From: Anthoceros angustus
Taxonomy: Eukaryota > Plantae > Anthocerotophyta
Assembly: GCA_010909165.1 (NCBI GenBank)
Contig: VJWM01000202.1
Location: 124,001 to 188,000, forward strand
Reading direction: 5' to 3'
Length of the DNA: 64,000 bases
The position numbers were made by a program, and so were the translations under genes. The notes beneath the pieces are model-generated. The model did not search any database. It saw only the letters and a list, made by a program, of their open reading frames with translations, and was not told the DNA's origin. Positions 13,501-24,774 of this stretch are shown here, in pieces. Position 1 is the first letter of the stretch. Every line of letters begins with the position of its first letter.

Positions 13501-14368
13501 GTCCTGCGGTCGGATAGCTTGTTGCTGCGAAGGTGGTTGCGTGGAGGGCCTTCGTGCCTGAAAGTTACCGCGGCCGCCACCTCTCCTGGCGCCGCGTCCT
13601 CTTGATGTGAAGAGTGCATGAGTGCCGGATGGACCTGCCTTGTGGCTCGTGGATCTGCTGGATTCCTCCTCAAGGAGAGCTGCAACCACCTCAGTAAATG
13701 TGTAAGTGGATTGCTGTCCTGCTGCCGTTGCAAGGGTTGCCGCAAATTGCTGAATTCTGCGCACTAATAAATGTCCTGTATGCAGGCAGCAGAGAGGTTA
13801 GAAGGGCCACTGCGGCTTGATGTTCGGAGATAACGGTACCTCCTGAGGCTAGCTTTGCTCTAAGGAATCGGAACACATTCACATGCTGTTCGACCGTATC
13901 CGAGTCTTTCATTCTTAGTGAATAAAACTGTCTTGTTGCATTGATTAGGGACATGCTGCTTTGGGCCTGAAACATGTCTTTGAAAGTCCTCCATATGGCA
14001 TTGGAAGTGGCTTGGCCACTTGTGTGGTGCATCATACTCTTGTCAATGGAAGAAATCAGGATGCTATGGGCACGCTTGTCCTTCTTGGTCCAAGCTGCAA
14101 CCTGATCAGAAGTTGTAGGGGGATTGGATGTGGTGGAAGGTTGGGCGACAGTACCATCGACTATCCCCATGAGGTCATGCTCCTCCAGCAGCGCAGTGAT
14201 GCACATCTGCCAGATGTCGTAGTCGCTTCCTGCGAAGCGGTCTCGATCTCTAAACTCTACCTTGGTTGTATTTATAATTTGAGCCATGGGTGTACGCTGT
14301 GCAAGACGGGTGAGTTTCTTAGCAAGCAACTTGGTTGTATGCTGACCTAGTGGGTCGAAATGAGGCAT
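10550..14368 (-). pseudogene. Element 2 gag-pol, unit 2
   Basis: gag 13691-14368 (DRFAGSDYDIWQ), knuckle CNWCRTPGHFENECR, LWHCRAGH...CEICQYTK, LLEVVHSDICGP (12380-13138), RTKHVEIQHHFIR. Confidence 0.9.
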
Positions 14369-14831
14369 TCGCCTACTCAGAGTGCATCTGATTCGTTGTT
14401 TGTGTGTACAAGCAGGTTGGAGATAGCGACAAGAAGTGCCTCCATCTACGATTTGATTAGCACTAACTGACTCTTAAGGTAATCCTCGGAGGAGGTCGAG
14501 GGATTACGGAACACTGGAGAGGTCGCAGTGTGCGTAGGATCGTCACTCTATGAATTCTTGATGGGCCTCTAACTTGGTGGAGGACTTGATTCGACGGGTG
14601 TCTACGCAGGCGAGTGCGCCCGGCCACCGGGTCTTGGGCAGCGGGCGTGATAGCGATCCTTCTTGGAGAATTTCGGGCGTGGCAGCTCGGCGAGGCATGG
14701 TAGAAGACTCAGGATCGTTGAAGGTTGCTACCGTTGCTCCGGGTGCGCGCCATGTCAGGTGGCTGTGGAGAGCCAAGCGCGAGGCGTGTGTGCGAAGCCA
14801 AACATGGCGCGACTCCTCTGCTCTGATACCA

Positions 14832-15065
14832 TAAAGTGGGGCACAAGTCTTGAGGAAAGGATAATTTTCATTGATGAAAGGCGCATATTTATACATGTAC
14901 TCATTGCAGTTATAGCTGCTCTCATCATAACTAACTGATCCAATAACCGCTGAGATTAAGTGCAATAATTACCATCTACCACGTTCTAGTTGTGATTAAA
15001 ACCTACACATGTTAACCGTGCCCTAAACTACGCTCCCAGTGCAGTCGGCGTACAAGGTCACAACA
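14832..15065 (-). repeat. Element 2 5' LTR (LTR-C)
   Basis: Directly followed on the minus strand by TGGTATCAGAGC; outer end abuts the ATCTG TSD. Confidence 0.92.
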
Positions 15066-15579
15066 ATCTGTAAGAAATCTGCAATAAGAGAAAAAACAGT
15101 CGTACCTACCGTGTACTTCCTTAGTTCTAGAGGTGAACAGCTTGGTGTGCTCTCTTGAGCATCCTGCTTGGTTGCGGCCGTCGCAATTTGAGTCTTGCCG
15201 CTCCAGGCAGCTCTTGCTTCCCGGGGGCTACGACGTCTATACCAATGACACTGTTTGTATGAGCATCTGGACATTCATAAGCTGGGGAGAGCCCTGCAAT
15301 CGAATCGGACATTCATATGAAAGAGGGAAACTTAGAATAACATGTTACGACAGATTATGTAGAACAGACCTGTACTGATGGAACAAATGTTCAATTCCCA
15401 GTGTCACCGATGCTGTAGGCATACCGGTTATTACATGATTACCGAGACGAATGGCCAGAAAAGTAGAGGAGCATGCCGACTGGTTCACCTCTCAGGACAG
15501 AACACATGAGGTAACCATGAGAAGAACAGACTTGACCACAGCGTAAGAGGGAGAGGGTGAGGAGAGCACTGTAGGACCA

Positions 15580-16565
15580 TGTTGAACCATCACTCTGGCC
15601 CTAGCCATTCAGCAGAACGGTCCATGTGACGAGGTTTCTGGCAGGAAATCTGTGAAATGCTCTGCGAGCATTCTTCAAGGTGCCACATTTTGCACCGATG
15701 CACACATATGTGAAATGATCTGAAGCGGTCATGACTTCTTGTTGCTTTAAGCTTCCGTAGAAACAGTGCTTCTTGACCCATCCATGCTGCGACTATCTGT
15801 AAGAATGGCGTTCCAAGTCATCTGACTTCACTGACATTCTCCTGCAGCAGGGAGCTTTTGAACAATTAAACCACTAGTCCCTGGAGTTGAGAACACCATT
15901 TCACAGGACAGATTCTGACCAAACCTGGTGAATAGGAAATGCTTGCAATACATGATGTTCGCGAACACTTGCACGTGCCGGCAGAAGGCACACATTTGTC
16001 ACAGAATCAGGTGAATTGATGCCGTCTTGTTGCTGTAGAGATGCAGGGCTCCCTCACCCATGCGCTTATGGGAACATGCATCCTGCAGTCATGGCATTCC
16101 ATATCACCACGTTTTTGAGGAATCTCGCGGTCAAATACTGCCTCTTCCAAGCTGCCACATTTTGGAACACGACAGATGTATATAATGATCGTGGCTACCC
16201 TCTCCGTTGTGAACATGAAGAGAACTTGATCATGGCAGACAGCGTGAAGGCATCAGCTGGCTTAATTGGCAACGTTAACTGAAGTAAGCACATCCCTGGC
16301 TTCCTGCCACCGGCCATGCAGGAAGCATACATTCGCAGGAGATATCGATGGCTGCAAAAGAACGTGGTCGACTCAGACTGGGCCACTTTCACCGGTGAGA
16401 GCATGGAGACATATATCCACCCAGAACCAAATCCTATTAAGCCAATTTTGGTGCTTACAGCATACAGGACATGATGTGGAATACGAATGTCTGGGTTTGC
16501 GTGCACCTGAACTTCCAGAGTCTCAACAGCGCTAGCCTCAGTAAAATGTCCTTGTCTGCATAATT
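15580..16565 (-). pseudogene. Degraded PLS-class PPR gene fragment
   Basis: Frameshifted PPR motifs: LCRQGHFTEA, LLRMYASC, KCGSLEEA.VFD...VIWNAM, AKCGTLKNARRAFHRFPARNLVTWTVLLNG. Confidence 0.75.
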
Positions 16566-17400
16566 GGCTGCAGGAATGTTGACGAATATGAAGCTGGTTG
16601 CGCTGTACTTGAGACAGGCCTGCAAACCTCCAGAAAGTCACGGACATGGTGAAGTTATCAATGACTGGTCCACCCATTACCTGGATGCTTGGCGAACACG
16701 AGCTGGATGATGTTGGCAGGGAGCTAGCTCGGACCGAGGAAGAAGAAATCCTGCCCGACGTGCAGGACGGTGAAGACGAGCTCAGGACTCGCAGAGATGG
16801 TGAGTCCTCTGACAACAAGAAGCTGAAGAAGCAGGAGCGGATCCTTGGCATCTGAATTGTTCCTGTCATGACCAAGCGGAGCACCATGGCTTTCAGTCCT
16901 GCCAAGTTCCTCTCGCCGTGTGCTGGGCACACGATAAGACTTGACGTCCTCAGGAGTCAGAACAAATGTATCTCTCATAGCAATTCCTGCATCCAGGCAA
17001 AGAAGATAAAACAAGGCTCAGTGTTTGCACAAAATGTAGGGAGTTCCACTCTGTATGCATGCATGCCATAGTCCATCCAGAAGCCATAATCTAGACTGAA
17101 AATGCCAACCGTCTCAAACCACACAATGACCCACACATTCAGCAAGAGGCTCAGGATCGACGAGCACTAGGTAATTGGCTGCAGGCACAGTACCCAGAGA
17201 CCTTCTAGTGAGCAGTCGGTACGTCCACAAGCTCACTCGCGGCTTGCCTCCACTGGGATTCGTCCTGACCAGAGAAATACAGACTTGAATCGATACTGCA
17301 GCCACAGGCAGACCGTAGCCAGTACCACAATGAGGACACACTGCCACAACCCTGCGCACACCAAGCCCGCTCAGGGTATCATTCAGGAATTCATGTGTTG
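16566..17400 (-). pseudogene. Heavily deleted ferric reduction oxidase (FRO) relic, copy C
   Basis: DNA matches exons of the intact copy: GGKPRVSLWTY (17215-17265 vs 27330-27375), NLAGL..MV (16880-16910 vs 26590-26610), LKYSATSFIFVNIPA (16570-16615 vs 26160-26206). Confidence 0.8.
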
Positions 17401-18351
17401 GATCGAGAAGGACTCTGCATTGGACGTGTGAAGCGCGTACCTCCCATGGCGAACGTGGGGCCATGACTTGGTAGTTGAAAATGGTGCCCTTCGATCAATG
17501 GACTAGGCCAACCAGTGGCCGATGAAGAAGAGGAGTGCGGGCCAGATACATATGGTCAGCTTGAGCTAGCACCAGGGTGAGCGGGGCCGCCGCCTTGCGT
17601 ATACCCGCCGGCTCCCGAGCAGTCTCCAAGAGATATCGATGTCGCATTCCTGGACTCTGGAATGCAAATTCCAGCAACAGACCTGAGGGGAGCGTGGTAG
17701 TCGCACGCCGGGCAGGGCGTCCGATCCATCGCAGCATCCGGGTTCACCGCCGACCACAGGACCGAGAAAGTGCAACAATCAAAACAAGACGATTCAGCAT
17801 CCACCGCCACCCATCATAATAAAGGCTGCGTGCTTCAATATAAATAAATTTTGATAGGGCTTATCTATCTCTACTTATTCAGTAAAGCAAAGGACTCTAC
17901 CTCCTCATAAGTTGGGGAGATTCTAAGTTACAAGTTGAACAGACCTACATTATAAGAAAAAGATATAAGTTAAGTTATTATTTTATAGATATAATAATAT
18001 AGGTTATAGATGTATAATTGGTTCTTGTGATATAGAATGCAAAGTACTTCATAAAAAAAATATTTTAGACTATCTATTCAATTTTCAATTAAATATAATT
18101 TGACATAAAATATACATTAGGTTCTAACTTGATATAAATACACTATAACGAAGTGTTAGAAACTAATGATATTAATTAGGTTTTCAAAAGACAATTCAAA
18201 GTCAACTGCTCAACACCACTATTCCGTTGCATGAGTATCTTAGTGGCGTCTTGCTGTGTGCGGCGGCGTCTTTGTGGTGCAGCAGGAAGTGTGTTGTGTG
18301 TTGTCTGTGTGAGCGGGGTACAAAGTGTCTCCTTGTGCGTGTTGTCCAACA

Positions 18352-18478
18352 AGCATTTCATTGGGTACCCGGTGGAGAAGGTGCGAGTCTTTGAACATTT
18401 CACTGGGTGCGTGGTGGAGAAGGTGCGAGTCTTTGAACATTTCGCTGGGTGCGTGGTGGAGAAGGTGCGAGTCTTTAA
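18352..18478 (+). repeat. 42-bp tandem repeat x~3
   Basis: ggtggagaaggtgcgagtcttt starts at 18371, 18413 and 18455. Confidence 0.9.
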
Positions 18479-18606
18479 AGTATCGTTCTTGGTGTTCTCG
18501 TGTCATTGTGGATGTTCTTTGTGTATACGGATCTAGAATATGTAGAGCGGTAGGAATTTAATCCTTCAGAAGCTGAATATTTGTATTGTTGACTGTGTGA
18601 CAGATC

Positions 18607-19162
18607 ATGCCTACAGAAGAAGAAGTGAGTTGCATTTGTTTATCTACATGCAAGTGTTGTGAAAGATGATTCTTGTTGTTTGTTGGTGTACACAACTCTG
18701 ACCGTTCCCCTACCGTTGGTATCGGTGTTGCAGACCAGGTCCACTACTCGAGCCAATGAGCGCGAGGAAGCTCTCGAAGAACTGAACTGGGGCACAATAC
18801 GCTTGGCGATTGAATCACCCGTGGGTGATCCACTTTGTCTCGCCATCATCGGAAGGCCTGTTCGCTACGAGCCTGGTGAGATGTCCCTCTCATACATTCC
18901 GGGGGTACCCGAATTTATCTGGAACCCCGGGCCTGCTCTGCCCGCAGTGCCGGATGTCAACCTTGTTCGGCACGCACCAGAAGGATGGATTGATACTCTC
19001 CGAGGCCAGATTTTTCCAAGCACATCGTTTCGGACACAGTTTGGTGGACCTTTGCAGATGATTAACTCTCCTGAGGAATTCAGGGTGTACTTGGCGGCAT
19101 ACCATCCTGAAGTGAATGTAGTGCACGCGCTGGCGACATTTGTCTGGCCTCGTGCCCGTTAA
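18607..19162 (+). CDS. Orphan 148-aa protein, two coding exons (18607-18624, 18734-19162)
   Basis: ATG CCT ACA GAA GAA GAA|gtgagt...ttgcag|ACC AGG splices in frame into the 18659-19162 ORF; no family recognised. Confidence 0.5.
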
Positions 19163-20706
19163 GTAAGCAAGGCCAGTTTCAAGTGAAGGATCTTTCAGTG
19201 GGTACCGACGAAGAAGTTATGTTCCCAACGGGAATTCAAGGCACGTTGTAAAAGTTGGTGATCATGAGCTAGCGGTGGCACCCACTTGATCCAATCAAGA
19301 GAAGGATCTAAGTTAAATTGATGGTTGTGGGATGTGGGATGTGGGCTTTTTTGTGGTAGGCTTTAAATATGTGCAGGGTTTTCCAGAGTCAGATTTGGTT
19401 TGAGGCTGGTGCCTCTGTACCTAGATCAGCAGGCTACCTGGGTAGTGCATAGCTGAAGACATTGGTTGCTTGGTATGTTGTTAACAGGCTTTTGATATGA
19501 TCAATTCGGTTCCAAGCTGGAAGCATCTATTCGACCTTACAGCCGGACAGTTCTGTTAAGATGCCTGGAACTTGGATGGTATATATCCTGCTTATGTTAT
19601 ATACATGTGCAGGGCGCTGACACCACTTTGAAACTTGTGTGGAAGCATTTTTTATCCTAACAATCAGACATGCAGATTTCTTCAACTGTTTACCACCATG
19701 TTATCGTTGTCACATTACCTGGCGGCTCTACTTTGAGAGACTGCTGAAGATGGATATGTATTTGATAGGTTTTCGGACTGGTGCAGCCCTGGCCTTGGCC
19801 TTCTACCAAGCATGCTGTCTGTGTCTGTGGAGAAGTGAGCCGGCATCATCAGTCTTTTGAAATGAGTCCATCGGTGAGAGTTTGCTTTGTTCTGCCTGCA
19901 CGCTGTGAGCACGTTTGCTTCAATCTCATTAGAGTGTGATCCTGGTTGGCTGACGTCTCGGATGGTAGAAGTGGCGTCCCAAAGGTAAGCAGGTAATTGT
20001 TGGGCCGTATCCATAGGTACTTCATCTTACATCTTCAGGGCAAGTTGCAGAAAGTTTGGCTAAGAGTCTCTCCCATCGCTAGTCTGCATTCTATCGTAGC
20101 AGTTGCCATCCCGTCAACTCCCATCCCATCGGCCAACAGTGTGGAATTCCTACACTGCGATACGTAGATAGATGAGAAGTTACAAAACATTCATCGATCT
20201 GAACATTCAAACAAAAGTCGTCAACACGGGTTGAGCACAGATCATTACTGTGAAGCACCTTGCCCTTGTGCTATGTATGTAAATTTTCACAAAATTATGA
20301 AACAGAAGTTTTTTTCGCCAAAAGATCCCCTCTCGTCCTCCCAACCCGCCCTCTCCTACCGAACTGTTTACGACATGACGATCGTAGGTTCTCCACACTT
20401 CACACCTGCAACGGCACAAGGACCTAGTTCTCCGACACCACGCATTTACCACACTTCCAAGCTAGTACAAACGACATATAATATGCTTGACAAACCAGCA
20501 CCTGTGGAAGACATTCCATGGCAACGCATGGCATCAGAATCCGTACTTTAAGCGATCCTCGATGCTGAAGGTGTGCAGAATAAGGTATATTTCATCCCAA
20601 AAGAGTCCGATCCGCAGAAATTTTCCATGGGAACATTTCTTTTGTACATAATGCACATCGTGGAAGAACCATTGGTGAGCAGAAGTTCCAGTGCTGATCG
20701 ATGTCA

Positions 20707-23664
20707 TCAGAACGAAAAGCTGACGGGATGGTAGTGGAGACCAATGTTGGCTTGGCCTGGCAGCACAGAGCTGTGTTTTTGGCCAGCCGCAGCTACGCTT
20801 TGCTGCATACTTTCGGGCCCGCACACCATCACCCCAACGTTGGTTCCCGCTAGGCGCTTAGCAGCCTTGTCGGAAATGTCTGCAGACCCCACATGATCAA
20901 GGTCTGTGAGTGGTAAGTAGATAAGCAGGACTAATCTAGGAAGATCATCGCTGAGACCGTTTAGTGACACGCACCTTCCAGGTTGGGCCGACGGCCGTAA
21001 TGGACGTTCTTGGGTGTCACTAGCTGGCTTGATCGCTCATCTTCGGGAAAGCTGGTGGGCATGTGTGCAACCTGTTCCGTATTGACATCCGCATCGCAGT
21101 GCTTCGTCTTGCCCTCGATCAAGCTCGGAACCTGCGGAACATGAGCACCCCCAGCAGCATGGCCAAAAGGTTCAGCAAGCCCCCTGCAGAAAAATCGAAC
21201 CCGTTCTGGACGTCCAGGTGAATCAAATATCTCCCAAACAGGGCGGACGCCAGCACCACGACAAAGTAGGTGCAGTTGCTGTCTTTGCCTACTTCGGGGC
21301 AAAGGGGCTCCAAGATCGCTCCAAAGTTGTACAAGGATTCTTTGTCGTCCTTTCCGACAACGGGCTGCGGTTCTGCATCGGGGCCAGTTTGTCGGCTAAC
21401 GTAGGCCTGAGTGTTCACCTGAAGGGCGGGAGAGAGTTTGGGATTGTAGGGGTCGAGGGAAACTTAATTCAGAATCTGCAGCTCGTCCGCTTGCCACACA
21501 GCCCAGATGACGGTCACCTCTGTAGGCAAGCTGTCAGGGAACGAGGCTGGCGGTAGGCAAGGTCCTTGAGGATGGCGATGAAAGGAGCCAGTCCATTGCC
21601 TCCAGCCACCAAGATACCACACCAAGATCGGCTGTCGTATCTGCACGATTTGTGAATATGCCTGCAGACATACGTTGGAGCCGAGCAGAACATTCAGAGT
21701 GGGTTCTTGAGAATCCATTTGTGAAATGAAATTAACGAAGAAAGTCCGGGGATTCAGGACCGTAAGACCCTTCCACACTGGCCCCTACTGCAAAGCTGAA
21801 TGGACAGGACTTCAGAATTAGCCGCCTGTCTGACTACTTGTCCCAGCTTCTTTGTCCATGCGCCGTTGTCCTTCACCAGAACCGTAATGTGATCGGGTTC
21901 CGCAATGTGATCGGGTTCGGCAATGTGATCGGGTTCCGTGAAGTGATCGGGTTCCGAACCACGGTGAAAGGGTGCCACTGCCATCTGGAAAGGGCCGGAA
22001 TTCTGACGAATACGAAGCTGGTTACGGCGTACTTGAGACCTGCAGGCCATATGGTGGATAATTACGAGGCAGTCCACGGGATCGATCGATCTTCACAGAG
22101 CCATGGATGAAAGGGCCCTGCACCAGGTCCATGGATTACCTGCATGCTTGGCAAACTTCAGCTCGGTGGTATTGCCAGGGAAAGCACGGACGGAGAGCAG
22201 TCCTGCAGATTTCCTGAACTTGATGCACCTGAGGAAGCGGTCGATGGTGAAGAGGAACACGCCCGCCATGATCATGTAGAAGACATTCTGGCCGATGTGC
22301 AGCATCGCGAAGACGAGGAAGAGGATGTAGAGCTGGTGAGTCCCGAGGAAGAAGTTGGACGTGGTGTGTAGAAGTTCCTGCCATGATCAACCCGATCACA
22401 ATGGCAAACGCTCTCTTGATATTGTGCCCACTCCTTCCACTGCCATTCCCACATGCGCACACTGGTCCTAATTTGTTTCTCGATGTAACTCAATAATCAT
22501 GACTCCACAGTAGCGTCTCATGCATGTGTGTACACATAATTCAGCACCACCTTGGACGTTCAAATGATCCAGGGAATTTTACTTTCGATAATATCCCCAT
22601 GTTGTACCAGTGCAAACAGTAAAACAGTGTGTGGACGAGAAGGATGAAGATGGTAGCGAAGCCGACCCACAGCATGCTCAAAGGGAATGTTGACGAGACG
22701 GAGAAGTGCCGATCCTCTCGATACCGGGAAGAAGAGAAAGGACAGCGCCACAAAACTCAAAATACCCAAGTGGTAGCCAGTGTGATTCACGCGAATGTCG
22801 TACCTAGGGTCAGACAAATATGAGTTTACAGCTTAGAATTGCTCGTCTGGCAGCTGGAGCTCACAAATTCCTGCAGGAGGCTAGGCTTGCAAGCAAACTC
22901 TCGCAACCAACAAGGACCGAGGCCTACGCCTACAGGTGTGTACATACCTTGTGAAGACAATTCCATGCTGTAAGCCAAGTTGCTTCCAGAAGGTGTAATC
23001 TATGTTGGAAATCCCAACCCTCTCAAACCACAAAAGGACCCACACGATGAGCAGAAGGAAGAGGAGAAGAATGATGAGGTCGCCCGCAGTCACAACCTCC
23101 AAAATCCCTTGGGTAGGTCCACAAGCGCACTCGTGGGCTGCCGCATTTGGGGTTCTTCCTCCTATGCCAGAGAAAAACAGACTTGTAAGGGAATCTACAT
23201 AAGCCGGCTGCCATTTGTCGACACAAAAATCAACACCATCGGAACAAACATCATCGTTCAAAACAATACTACCGTGGTGCAATGCATGCAGCTTACAGTT
23301 TCGTGGGCTCTTCGGACTTGGTGAGCTGCAGGTAGACCGCAGCCAGCTTTAACGAACGGAGCCACGCACACCAACTGCCACGATGCTGCACGAAAGCACA
23401 CCAACCCCGAGCATCTATCCCCTCAGCAGGCCCGTCCTTAGGACTGTAACGGTCAGAGCTCTACAAGCTGCAATGAATCGAACTCCACGTACCTCCCTTG
23501 CCGAAGGTGGGCGTCGTGAGGTCGTCCATGAGGCTGTAGTCCAAATGGGTGCCTTTCGCAGTGGGCTTGGCCATCCAGTACCCAACAAAAAAGAGGAAGG
23601 CGTGCCAGATGGCCACCTTCACCACGGCCGCCGTAAATATCCTTCCCGGTTCTGTAGTCGACAT
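20707..23664 (-). pseudogene. FRO: Ferric reduction oxidase (FRO) pseudogene, copy B
   Basis: Colinear with the intact copy but carries frameshifting deletions (~8 nt in exon 2, ~11 nt in exon 3, more later); retains QWHPF, VMVCGP and HYHPVSF. Confidence 0.85.
21886..21958 (-). repeat. 18-bp coding tandem repeat x4 (EPDHIA-like) in FRO copy B
   Basis: (aa)tgtgatcgggttc(c/g)g repeated; the intact copy has a single AERDHI. Confidence 0.9.
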
Positions 23665-24774
23665 GAGAAACCTTCGATTCCTGTGCTCTGCCGATTGCAA
23701 CTTGAATGCAAACCTGGCACGCGCTTCAATACGCTAGCGCTCTGAGCAGGCGCGGCCCGGGGACATCTTTTCTGACAGCAGATGGACCTTCTATCCGGAA
23801 CCCCGTGTAGCAAATTCCGGATCCTGGGCCCTCCGCTGACCCTGTGGCCAAGGAGCTCCTCCGATTTGCCCACAAGTGCAGAGGAGATGGAGTAATGTGT
23901 CTGTAGGTCCGGCCTCGCTGCCTTTCGGGATGTCGAGACGCCCGCCCATCCCGTTCCCCGCCTGTCAGACAGCACTTTAGTACAAGAGATAGGACAAACC
24001 ATGGCGGGCTATGCTCGTCAGAACGATGTGGGATTGTTTTTATATACCAGCTTATTTTACAGGACTGCCCTTCTTGCTGCCTAAACCAGGAGAAAGCGCG
24101 GAGCACTTTTGTAACAAGAAGCTGTGCAGATACATCAGTCGGAATTCCTTGCATGATCCCCGTCCTTCGCAAGCGGCATGCGGGCGATGTAAGCGATGGA
24201 TTTGGGTGGAGAGGCCACCGAAGCCTGTGTTCAGACTCCTTCTAGCATCTGTATTGTGATGCTCACGGATTCCAACAACATTGCTGTGTAGGGACCGAAT
24301 CTGCAGTTTATCCACAGTGGATAACTACATACAGTACATACTTAGTTTCTTGAAACAAAGGGTTTTGGTGAATCAGCTCCTGTATTAGGACTACAGCTCC
24401 TATGTGTGCATTACGAGTGGTACATCTCGTCAATCCCGCCTACGCCCATGCACCGCCACACGTGCATCGTGACATCCGCGCGCCCCGATGTGAGGATCCC
24501 CCGCTTATTTTGCACATGGGGTAGATCATCGGCGGTTGCCCGGTATGCAACCACCAACAATCCGGCCTCCGGGATAGATTCGTTTTGTAACGTCGTCTGT
24601 ATGTACTTGTATTGGCATGTGTATGTATCTAGTAGGTGTATCTAGTAGGTATACTGTGGTCAATTCTAATGAGGCTAGCAGGAAATATTATTTTTCTACA
24701 TAATGTGGTGGAAGAACTATTGGTGTAGAGGAAGAACTATGGGTCAGCAGAACTTCCTCTGCTCATGGATGTGA

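Larger units (their letters stand above)
5162..15065 (-). mobile_element. Ty1/Copia 'element 2': three-LTR tandem dimer, non-autonomous, nested in the 3' LTR of element 1
   Basis: LTR copies at 5162-5388, 9951-10170 and 14832-15065; tRNA-Met PBS TGGTATCAGAGC at 14820-14831 and 9939-9950; PPT GCGGGGAG at 5389-5396; TSD ATCTG at 5157-5161 and 15066-15070; two copies of gag-pol. Confidence 0.92.
503..15139 (+). mobile_element. Ty1/Copia LTR retrotransposon 'element 1' (degenerate; 5' LTR outside the window; 3' LTR 5021-5161 + 15066-~15139, split by nested element 2)
   Basis: Copia domain order gag-PR-INT-RT-RH; PPT GAGCGGGAG (5012-5020) is followed directly by TGTTGAAG at 5021; host sequence resumes after the ATCTG TSD at 15066. 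The right end (GAACA at ~15139) is uncertain. Confidence 0.85.

Noticed and set aside
18352-18478. CRISPR-like periodicity (also 50223-50362 and 53331-53466)
   Set aside because: Head-to-tail units with no unique spacers, no cas genes, eukaryotic context.
20516-20531. ccatggcaacgcatgg, resembling a Helitron 3' hairpin
   Set aside because: No CTRR terminus at the expected distance.
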